Assembly (NCBI GenBank): GCA_009103225.1
Contig: RHPI01001817.1
Span: 1-37,022 of the forward strand
From: Chlorokybus atmophyticus
Lineage: Eukaryota > Plantae > Mesostigma and Chlorokybus algae
DNA: 37,022 bases
Direction of reading: 5' to 3'
The notes below the pieces were generated by a model that was not told the origin of the DNA, made no database searches, and worked only from the letters and a program-made list of their open reading frames with translations. A program made the translations under genes and the position numbers. Position 1 is the first letter of the stretch; each line of letters begins with the position of its first letter. Shown piece by piece: positions 23,200-33,100 of this stretch.

Positions 23200-23620
23200 C
23201 ACGCAAACGCAGCCATGAACGCCAACCAAGGCAAGCATGTCACTATTGATGGACGAGCACCCAAGCGTGTGATGCTGGACTCGGGAGCCCAGTCTGTCAT
23301 CATCGGACATTATTTCGCACGCGACCTTGGCATCACCAGCGCTGAGCTGATGCCGTGCCCATACGTGCTTAACACAGCAACAGACAGCTGTTACAAGGTG
23401 ATTAGCATCACAAAGTAAGCCCTCTGCATTCGCTTGACAGAAGTGGACCCTTCCCACAGCACCGAGGTCATACAGAAGTGTGTGGTCACTGACGTAGGAT
23501 CTTTCGACATGTTGCTGGGACAGGACTTCAACTTCCCTGTTGGCATGGGGCTGGACTGCCGGACAGAAAAGGCATGGTTTCGTCCTCGTTGGGATGAAGA
23601 GGATGGAGACGTTCAATGAT
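23200..23620 (+). pseudogene. Gypsy aspartic protease, element 1
   Basis: VMLDSGAQSVIIG ... FDMLLGQDF, with one internal TAA; homologous to VLVDTGAQPVILG ... YDVLLGQDF in element 2. Confidence 0.88.
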
Positions 23621-23661
23621 ATCTGCCTCTCAAGCTGGTGGCTCGCACTCGATATCACCGA

Positions 23662-23767
23662 AGGTCAGCTGCAACAGCCACCTACGGGTCGTTGTCGACA
23701 ACCACTAACAGGTCAGCTGCAACAGCCACTTACAGGTCGGTATTGACAACCACTGACAGATCAGCTG
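23662..23767 (+). repeat. 48-bp tandem repeat (2.2 units) in the protease-DNMT linker
   Basis: AGGTCAGCTGCAACAGCCAC... starts at 23662, 23710 and 23758; encodes RSAATATY(G/R)S...TTT. Confidence 0.88.
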
Positions 23768-24024
23768 AGGTGGTCACCCACAACTCTGACCAAGGCTCTC
23801 CTATCCCATACGACGAGTCTCAGGAAGATGCCACTGGAAAAGTGGCCCACCAGAAACCAGCGGAACGCCACTGGCGCGCACAGGTGGTCGCACATCTGCT
23901 ACTGACCAAACCACGGCTCATTCCATGGTTCTCTCTATACAGGGACCAAGCTGCAGTCCAGGAGCAACACCAAGTGGCCACTGAAGTAGTGGAGTTTCAT
24001 GTATTCTGTCGACAACAAGGCATC

Positions 24025-24960
24025 ATCGTGTTGGAACTATTTGGAGGAATAGGTAGCGGCCTCGCCGCCGTCCTCAACACCGGCGCGACGGTCATCAAGT
24101 ACTTCTACTGTGACCCTGATCCGCACGCACAAATTGCCCTCAGCCACCACCTGCGCCACCTACACAAAAGCTACCCACAGCCACTGCCGCCATCGGCACT
24201 GCAAGGCAGTCTGAAGGCACTGCCACAGGACATCCGTTTAATCATTGCGGATCACCTCCTGGCGGTGGGCAACATCAACCTGCTAATAGCAGGATGGGAG
24301 TGTCAAGAACACTCCCGAGCAGGCAGAGGCCAAGAACTCGCTGATCCTCACTCGCGGCTGTTTTGGGAACTGATGCGTATCATCAAAATCCTGCAGAGCA
24401 ACCAACTGTCCAAGCCTCCAGGATACATTATTGAGAATGTGCACTCCGAGGACGATAAGCGCCATCACGTGGCCAACAGCGTTCGACAAGTGTGTTCTTT
24501 ACTGGGACACCCTCTCAAAATAACGCAGCGCGTCATGGCTCCCGTGCTCATCACGTCCGCGCGAAGTGGACCAACTCGGCTATAATCGAGGATCTCTTGC
24601 TGCAGAACATTTGCACAGCAGTCGTCCACGCGATCTCACCGTCGACGCTATCCTGGACCATGAGCGCACATCACAACCAGTCACCCGACACGATCACCAG
24701 CAATTCTACCAGTGCCGCCAGCCTGGTCAACCACGTCGTGCGCTCCCCACTCTGGTGTCTTCCAAGGATCATACGCCTTTCGCAACCATGGCGAAGGCAT
24801 AGTGTTGGATTTCAACACAGGCCAACTGAGAGAGAACCCAACGCACGTGAACTTGAACGCGCCATGGGTTCTCTGTAAATAGTATCATGGGTTCCACGCT
24901 GACCATCAGTCAGCAATGTCAGCTGTTGGGACGCGCCATGGACTAGAACAGCATGGTATG
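24025..24960 (+). pseudogene. C5 cytosine DNA methyltransferase domain (DNMT3-like), element 1, frameshifted
   Basis: Motif I ELFGGIGSG (24034-24060), IV AGWECQ (24292-24306), VI ENV (24433-24441), VIII HHVRAKWTN, IX EPNARELERAMG, X LLGRAMD. Confidence 0.88.
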
Positions 24961-25149
24961 GTTATTGGAAATATGCTTTGCTCTCCAGGACCGCCATGTG
25001 TCCTTCAAAAAGCTCGAACACCTGGCGGGGGGTTGGGCCGATCACGTGCAAGTGACCAAAGCGGCACACACCGCCCTCGAAATTGCCCACATGGAGGAGC
25101 AGGCAGCAGTTATTGTGGAGGACATCCCAGTAGTCGCCAACGCTACCTC

Positions 25150-26450
25150 TTGGTCCTATGCCATTGGACCACTAGCTACAGGCCAGACGCGAGAACAACT
25201 TGAGGCTCTCCTCAACAAGTGGAGGAGTCGGTTCAGCTTCAGCGTGACGGAACTGGGCGTTTGCTTAGTCTACCAAATGGACATCGAGTTGGTGGACATC
25301 AAACCGGTGTTTCAACGACAGTATCGACTCTTCAAGCTGGAAGAAGACGTGGTGGAGCAGAGGTGCAAGGCTATGCTAAATGTAGGCCTATTTGAGGAGT
25401 CCACATCGGACTCTGCGGCCGCGACTGTCATGCCCCTGAAGAAGGATTCAGCAGACAACTGGACAGACCGGCGTATGTGCGGCGACTATTGCCCTTTCAA
25501 CAAAACCAAGCAAGACAGGTATCCAATGCCTACTGTAGGAGACTATACCGTCTTTAGCATCTTGGACATGAGACAAGGGTACAACCAAATCGCCATCAAG
25601 GAGGAGGACAAGCACAAGACCTCTTTCTGGGGCAACCGGCAGCTGTACCAGTGGAAGGTCATGCCCTTCGGACTGAAGAATGCTCCTGCCAATTTCCAGC
25701 TCGTCATGCACAAAGCCTTGAAGGGGCTGGACTTTGCGCGATGCTACATTGACGACATTCTCATCTTCAGCCGCAGCAACGAAAAGCACCTTCTTCACTC
25801 GCAAGGTACCCTACCTAGGGCACATGATTGTGCCCCACGGTGTGTTCGTACAGCAGGCAAAGGTGGAGGCCTTGGCGGCTATCCCTACTCCAACAGCCCT
25901 TACGCGCCTGCGCGCCTTTCTAGGCCTTGCCAACTATTATCGCCGGTTCGTGAAGATCGCGCGAACCCTCCACGAGCTTCTGAAGAAGCAAGTGGAATTT
26001 GCGTGGAAGGAGCCACAGCAGCAGGCGGTTGAGGAGCTAAAGGGCAGGCTCACCACTGCTCCCATCCTGCAACGCCTTGACCACAATAAGCCCTTCACAC
26101 CGACTGGAGCAAGCTTGGGATGGGGGCTGTGCTGATGCAGCACGATAAGAACAAGAAGGAGCGGGTGGTGTCGTACGCCAGCCGAAGCAACAATAGCGCT
26201 GAGGCCAACTACAGCAGCTACGAGGGGGAGTGCCTCACTGCAGTGTGGGCTATCTCCTTATTTGGACTTTTCCTCTTTGGTCGGCAATTCCAGGTGATTA
26301 CCGATAATTAGCCACTCAGGTGGTTGATGACCAACATCTAACAAGGAAACTTGCTCGCTGGGCCATGTTGTTGCAGGTGTATGACTTTGAGATCGACCAC
26401 CGCGCCGGCCTCACCCATCGGGACGCCGATGGCCTCAGTCACAACCCTCA
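25150..26450 (+). pseudogene. pol: Gypsy RT and RNase H, element 1
   Basis: RRMCGDY, DRYPMP, LDMRQGYNQI, MPFGLKNAPANFQ, YIDDILIFS, YASRS, YSSYEGECL, VITDN, ADGLS; frameshifts. Confidence 0.95.
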
Positions 26451-26859
26451 CCTCAGTACAAACAATGCAACCGGAGCTCGGCACGAGCTTGGCCCTGCAG
26501 CAGCAGCTCCCACCGTGGTGGCCATGTTTGCTGTTGCCGCGTTACGTTCATGGCGCCAGATCAACACCACCGCCACCCCAACGGCAGAGGAGATTCCTAC
26601 CCCTAAATACCGGCCCCACAGTGAGACACCCCTAAAGGACGTCCACGCGGTCGACATTGAAGTCGACGACACCGAGCTGGCACCCACCGACACCAGGCAG
26701 GACATATGGCTGAACAAGCCATCACTCTCCTTCCTTCAAAGTGGCTAGCTTTCCCCCAACACGAGTGCACGAGAGAAAGATCATATTAGTCAACGCACCC
26801 GCCACTAGCGGTGAGCGGATGACAAGTTGTATCGCCGCGTCTATGACGAGGACAAAGAG

Positions 26860-27800
26860 GTGCCGACACCAGCCACACGCAAGGGCATCATCGCTGCCCT
26901 CCACACTGAGCTTGGACACTTCGGTGTCAAGCGTACCGTCAGCCTTGTAAGGACGCAATATTAGTGGTATGAGCTGTCCAAACAGGAGCAGGGGTTCATC
27001 AGTCACTGCCAACAGTGTGACATGGTACGCGCCAGCCTCACACATGCAGCGCCACCTTGCACCTTCTCCCCATCTCCGATCTTTGGTATTGTTGGGGACT
27101 CGACATCTTGGGAGACTTGGCACCCTCGGCACGTGGCAACCGTTACATCCTGGTCATAATCGAGCACTCCTCTAAATGGGTGGAGCTGGAGCCATTACCC
27201 GACAAGAGCAGCAGGGGGGTTTCTCAAGCCTTCCTCTCCCATGTTCTCAGCCGGTTCCGCAGCTGCCCTGAGGTCATCACCGACCAAGGCACTGAGTTCA
27301 GAGGGGAGTTCGACACTCTGTTGGACAGATGCTACATCGATCATCGCCGCACTTCGCGTGACCACCCCCAAGCCGACGGTCTCGCCGAGCGGACAGTACA
27401 GACTATCAAGAAAGCACTCCGCAAGTACGTGCTGAAATATGAGAAGAACACTTGGGACGACCACCTTCCGTGGGTGGCTCATGGATACCGATTGTCAAAG
27501 CAGGCGGCTCTGCGCGAGTACATCCCAAACTACCTGCTGTTCGGGCGTCCGCCATTGCTTCCCTTTCGTGCACAGCAGGAAGTAGACCGTGTGGTGAACA
27601 ACCTTGACGATCCCGACTGCATGCACAACGACATTACCACACGCGTCACGCTGTTCGAGCACACCTTCCCAATAACCTTCAACAACCTGCGCATTGCACA
27701 GCACCGCGACACCCTGCGCTACGAGCGCGTGCGGAGCGGCTCCTAAAACGAGCGCCAACGGCGGTTTCAAGCAGGGGACTTTGCCTACCGCATGGCAGCC
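26860..27800 (+). pseudogene. Gypsy integrase (HHCC zinc domain plus DDE core), element 1
   Basis: HTELGHFG...CQQC, WGLDILG, ITDQGTEF, HPQADGLAERTVQTIK. Confidence 0.93.
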
Positions 27801-27998
27801 ACCAAGAATACGCTCGACACCTCCATAAGCCGCACCGTCCTTAAGGTACTCGAGGTGTACCCCACAGGAGTGCTGGACCTCCTCGGTAAAAACGGCGAGA
27901 GGTTGAAAGACAACATGGTGAACTGCGCGCCATGTCACCTTCCTTATATAGCAGGCTTCGCGCGCATCCAGCACCCTCGCCCCGCCCGCAGCACATGC

Positions 27999-28134
27999 TG
28001 TGAATGCTGCGGCAGCTCCGGCGACAACGCACTCATGATGCTCTGCGATGGCTGCAACAAGGGCCTGCATTGCTACTGTCTGGAGCCCCCATTGGATGCA
28101 ATACCCATGGAGGAGTACTGGTGCGACGATTGCC
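27999..28134 (+). pseudogene. PHD finger (C4HC3) at the integrase C-terminus, element 1
   Basis: CECC-GSSGDNALMML-CDGC-NKGL-H-CY-C-LEPPLDAIPMEEYW-CDDC within ORF 27792-28163. Confidence 0.9.
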
Positions 28135-28444
28135 GCACCAACGGTCCTCCTCACCTACGTTAACAACTGAGCTCTAGAGCTGGAACCTCCCCATAAACTC
28201 AGGGGGGGTGGCTTGTTGGCTGTGTGTTCAACAGCACATCATGTACACTAAGGAGGACACCGCCTCCACCTGTCCGTGTGATTCAGCGACAGCGGAGCAG
28301 CTCCATCAAGCACTCCTCGCCATCCGAGCTAGGTTATCTTTTACTTTTGCTACAGGTTACAACATGTTGCAGCAACAGGGCTAGCAAGCATGTCTTTCCT
28401 TGTAGCGGCCCGACACAGTGTGACCCTCGATTCTCCTTGACCCA

Positions 28445-28807
28445 ACAATAGCAACCACACCAAAGGCCATGACAACAACTACGCCAACGCCCGCAAAGAA
28501 GAGCAAGGCGACATGGGGAAGCATCGTCCTCCTCAGCGCAAGGGACTGGAAGGACGTCTGCGCAATGCTGCTGTTGCCACCAAGGCTTCAGCCAACCCGC
28601 CAGCTGATGACTTTATTGCTGCCCTCATGGCGCGTATGGCACGCTTGGAGGAAGATAAGGAGCAGGACTACCGCGCCTGCTACATTGCCCAATGGGCACT
28701 GATGGCTTCAAAGCGCACGAGAGACACGAGCACTCCGTCACGCGTTTAACCACCCCGATGAGCTTGAGGGGAAGCCGCAGCATCATCAGCAGCTACCTCC
28801 TCTGAAG
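28445..28807 (+). repeat. About 360 bp diverged direct copy of 20768-21136 (gag C-terminal coding segment)
   Basis: Both encode NNYANARKEEQG...PPQRKGLEGR...EEDKEQDYRAC...ALMASKRTRDTSTPSR. Confidence 0.9.
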
Positions 28808-29900
28808 TCGATGGCCACACCTTGCTGGTATGTTGCGAGCAATCCACCTCTCCTAAAGCTGTGAAGTGCCATGTGAAGTTGATGGATTCCGCATGCTTGT
28901 GTATGCTTGATAAAGCTTGCGTACACTGCGTCCTGCCCAAGGGGGCCATCTACCCAGCTCTGTTGGCTGTGATGCGTTGCAAAATACATAGCCTGAATTA
29001 ATTGCGAGGTGGTGCTCGGCAGCAGTGGCTTGAAACTGCTGTAACTCCTCTTTAAACTTAAAGTCTAGCCCACCATTGCCAAAGGTGATGCTAGGTGCAG
29101 GGCTGAACTTGTAATTCAGCAACCCCGGTGGAATGCACATTTACTGCATCAAATAGCGTTGATGCCGGTGGCATTGGCAATGGGACGTCGTGCTCATGCC
29201 TCTGCTTGCTGTGAGATGCTCTCCCGTTGCAACTTGCACCCCTCCGCTCAGCGTTGCCACGATAACCATAGGTAAATGAAGAGTAGCCTATCCCGCATCA
29301 ATAGTACCTGTGTCATAGACTGGGTGTCGCAAGTTTGCGTGCGAGTGCAGACTGAGCAAACCTCACCTTCTAGGGTCCATTGCTGGCACTAATGCGCAGC
29401 TCCATGTGCACGAGCAGCTTGCACATGTTTTCCAACCCCAATGGGTGGGCTTGTTGTATGGTGATGCCCGCTTGGGCACTGCTAACATCCAGTCCTTGCA
29501 AGTAAGCGCTGACTATGTGGTCCCGGCAAGGGTTGCCGCGCTGCTGATGGCTGTCCCAATGTTGTGCAAATCCCAGTTGGGTGAAGCTCATGAACAACTT
29601 GCTGACGGCGTTGCGCACAGTGCGGCTAGATAGTGTGCGCTGCCCGCTGGCCATGATAACGCAACCATGCTTGCCATGTCTGCTGTGCCAAGCACCCTCT
29701 ATGTATGCAACAATTGCAACGGGTGTAAACTCACTTGGTTCTACTTCACTTGCGCGCAAGTAAGCAACGAACTCGCTCCACTCTTTGCCTTGTCGATGAG
29801 TGTGAGTTGCACTGTTGCCGTTGCACGCTATGGCTTGCGCACGCTTTGATGCAACTCTTGCTTTGTCGCGAGCTTGTGCAGTGTTGACATCCCACGCGGG
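28808..29900 (-). pseudogene. Degenerate tyrosine recombinase (Crypton/DIRS-like), truncated before the catalytic Tyr
   Basis: N-terminal domain TPVAIVAYIE..W..RHG ... GNPCRDHIVSAYLQGL (ORF 29370-29759); box A MRDRLLFIYLWLSWQR*AE (~29245-29300); GYVFC; box B LHSFRRGG (28843-28863). Confidence 0.8.
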
Positions 29901-30114
29901 TGCTGCCTGTTACAATGCTCGCCAGTTCTCTTGCACTGCTTGCCTTTGCAGTTCTTGTGCGAAGCTGCAAGTATGTTGGGCATCTGTTAGCATGCTTGCT
30001 CTGTTCAAGCATGTAAGTGAAGTTGGGCAGACTTGTAGCGCATGCTACCGCAGAGGAACGCATTCCATTCAATGCAATCCATTGTGCCCAACATACCCAG
30101 CCAGCTGTTTACCC

Positions 30115-30140
30115 CTCATTGGCTGCGTGCAACCAATGAG
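30115..30140. promoter_or_regulatory. Imperfect palindrome made of two opposed CCAAT boxes
   Basis: CTCATTGGCTGC-GT-GCAACCAATGAG, upstream of the recombinase remnant; function inferred only. Confidence 0.35.
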
Positions 30141-30189
30141 ACAATAGTCTGTAACAAAATTGAACACCGTGGAGATTCTGTGTGTTCTT

Positions 30190-33100
30190 TCATACAGAGT
30201 TGCTATGTACCAGCAAAGAAGCCACACGGTAGGCCAAAAACCCAGCCACGGGCATGCCATAGTCATGCCTCGCCTCACTCTCATCCAACGATGAAGGGTT
30301 TGGGTTCCTACTCAGCCCATCCGCGTCCATGTTGTCAACACCAGCTCGGTGCTCAATCTCAAACTCATACTCTTGCAGTATGAGCGCCCACCTGGCATGC
30401 TTCCCCGTGAGCTTGTCATTGGTCATCAACCACTTCAAGGGCTGGTGGTCGGTGATGAGTGTGAAGGGACGGCCATAGAGGAACGGTCTGAAGTGAACTA
30501 TGGCCCAAACTACTGCCAAACACTCCCCCTCATAGGAGCTGTAGTTTGCCTCAGCGTTATTGTTGCTTCGGCTGCCATACGCGACCACATACTCCTTCCC
30601 ATCATCATCCTTTTGACACAACACGGCCCCAATGCCCAAACGGCTCCAATCCGTGTGTAGGATGAAGGGACGGTTGTAGTCCGCCCGTCTCAACACCGGC
30701 GCGGTGCATAGCTTCTCCTTGAGAAGCTCAAAGGCACGTTGGCACTCCTCCGACCAGCACCAGGCCTTGTCCTTCTTCAACAACTCATTTAAGGGCTTTG
30801 CAATCTTGCTATACCCCTCCACGAACCTCCGATAGTAGTTCGCCAAGCCGAGAAACGCTCGAAGCCGGCTAATGTCCGTCGGTGCGGGCACTTGCACCAA
30901 GGCGTCCACCTTTGCTTGCTGCACACGGACGCCATCTGGCACTATCTCATGGCCGAGATACAGGATGCGATCAGCTCCAAACAAGCACTTCTCCGGGTGA
31001 CACCTCATGCCGCTCTCGCGCACGCGCTCGAACACGCGCTCCAAGTGCACGAGATGCTCCTCCATCGTGTGGCTAAACACCAAGTTGTCATCTATGTAGC
31101 ACCTTGCGAAGGGTAGACCACGAAGCACACGGTCCATCACACGCTGAAACTTCACAGGCGCATTCTTCAAGCCGAACGGCATGACCTTCCATTGGTAGAG
31201 CTGGTCCACTCCCCAAAACGCTGTCTTGCCAGGATCCTCGGGCTTGATGGCGATCTGGTTGAAGCCCTACCTCAAGTCCACGATGGAGAACACCTTTGCA
31301 TCACCGATGTCATCAAAGATAGCCTCAGGGATAGGCATAGGGTACCGATCAGCTTTGGTCTTCTCATTCAATGGCCGATAGTCACCACACATCCTCCTTG
31401 AGGTCCAATTTCCCTGTGCATCCTTCTTCAACGGCAACACTGTCGCCGCCGCGAAGTCCGAGGTTGACTGCTCAATGAGTCCAGCCTCCAACAAGTCAGC
31501 ACACTTCTCTGCCACAAACTCCTTCTCCACCTTGCTCAGCCGATACTGCCGACGAAAGATGGGCTCCGGAGAGGTCAACTCAATGTCCATTGTGTAGAAG
31601 TTGCAGACTCCCAACTCCTTGGTAGAGTAGGCGAAGCAGTCACGCTTGCGCGCCAGCAACGCCTCGAGCCACTCACGCTCATATGGTGTCACATGCTCGC
31701 CTATACACCACTCCATGGCCTGGTCGGTGGCCTTCTCCTGCTTCAAGGCACCATCTACAGCCGCTTTCTTGCCACTTGCAGCTGTCACAGGCGAAAAAGA
31801 CACCCCCTTACTCTCCTCATCATGTACAACCTGCTCCCACCCCCTCGACAGAGGCGCAGGCTCCCGACGCGCTCGCTGTCGCATCGGCATGATGCTTGCC
31901 ACCAACTCTTGTGCCGCCAAGCAGACAACCATCAGCCACACCATGCTGTTCTGGTCCATGGCTTGTCCTAGCAGCACACGGCGCTGTTGTTCACTTAGTC
32001 CCGGCGCCGCTGTCGCACCGGACAAGAACCCCATCGCACGCTCGCGCTCACCAGCTGTTGGCTCTTCCAACCTGCTGTTCTGTGAGTCCCACACCAGCCC
32101 TGGCCCTCCCTTGCGGAATGCATAAGAGCCTGGGTATGTCACCAATGTCGGCAGCGCCGCCATGTCGTGCCCGACCTGGTTCACCACCTCTTGAGGCGGC
32201 CGATCAGCCTTGCTGACCTGTTGTGCTGTGCGCCCATGCTCCAGCACCTGGTTGACTGTCAAACCTTGCGGTCTAGAGTACTCTTGCTGCACCGTGCGAA
32301 GCAACTCAACCGGCGCGAGGTTTGTCCACTTCACACGCAGCCGATGCGCGCGCGAACCATGCCGTGCTGCATCCATGACCAGCTCATGGCCTAGCACATG
32401 TCTCACCAGCTGATAGTCTTCTCGCACGCGCTTGCGCTTGTCATCTTCAGCTGGTACATTCTCGACGATGTACGCCATGGGCTGCTCTTGTCCTTGCTGA
32501 ATCCTGTTGATGATGCGCACTAACTCCCAAAACAATGACGAGCGCGCATCCATCAATCCTTTGCCATGACCAGCCCGTGAATGCCCTTGGCATTCCCACC
32601 CGGCTACAAGCAAATGCACATGGCCGATAGCTGCAAGTTGATGTGGCCCTATCAAGCAAATGTCTTGCGGCCATGTGCTTTGAAAGCCCTTCACCGCATC
32701 CTCATGTAGCAGATCTGGATACTTCTTCAACAACATCCTCACATGATGTTGTGCACCTTGTTGCGCCGTTGGCGAAGGGTCCACATAGATATAGCGCCGC
32801 ACCTTGATGCCGGCGTTCAACGCGGCCGCAAGCCCACTTGCAATGCCACCGAACAGCTCCACCATCACAACACCCTCCTCGGGGACCTTCCACTCGACGG
32901 TGCTGTAGTTGATAGGCGGATGAACAGCTCTCACACCCTCGGGCAGCAATGGCGGCTCCAATGCCATCACATCCTTCATCCATGCTTGGCTAACCTTGTC
33001 TTGAGCCTCTTGTTGCCGCTGAGCACGATGTTGTGAAGCCAACTCCAGCTCTTGTGACTGAGTTTGCGCCATATAGACCAGCTCCGGAGGTCTCCCCTCC

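Larger units (their letters stand above)
20600..28208 (+). mobile_element. Ty3/Gypsy element 1 (5'-truncated, degenerate): gag end, protease, DNMT, RT, RNase H, integrase, PHD
   Basis: Domains in Gypsy order with many stops and frameshifts; candidate PPT AGGGGGGG at 28201-28208. No matching LTR pair found. Confidence 0.88.

Noticed and set aside
20674-23767. The 24 bp and 48 bp repeats as a CRISPR-like array
   Set aside because: The units are contiguous with no unique spacers, are in-frame coding repeats, and there are no cas genes.
20768-28807. The 360 bp direct repeats as the LTR pair of element 1
   Set aside because: They lack TG...CA ends, PBS and TSD, encode the in-frame continuation of Gag after a zinc knuckle, and do not abut the PPT.
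28808-31209. A chimeric retroelement using the tyrosine recombinase in place of a DDE integrase (RT-RH then YR, same strand)
   Set aside because: The YR is heavily decayed while RT-RH is nearly pristine, the YR has its own candidate promoter, and the sister element 1 has a normal DDE integrase. Simple nesting with truncation is more economical.
24025-32880. The methyltransferases as bacterial restriction-modification genes or contamination
   Set aside because: Both are embedded in frame between retroviral-type protease and RT on a telomere-anchored eukaryotic contig, with no cognate nuclease.
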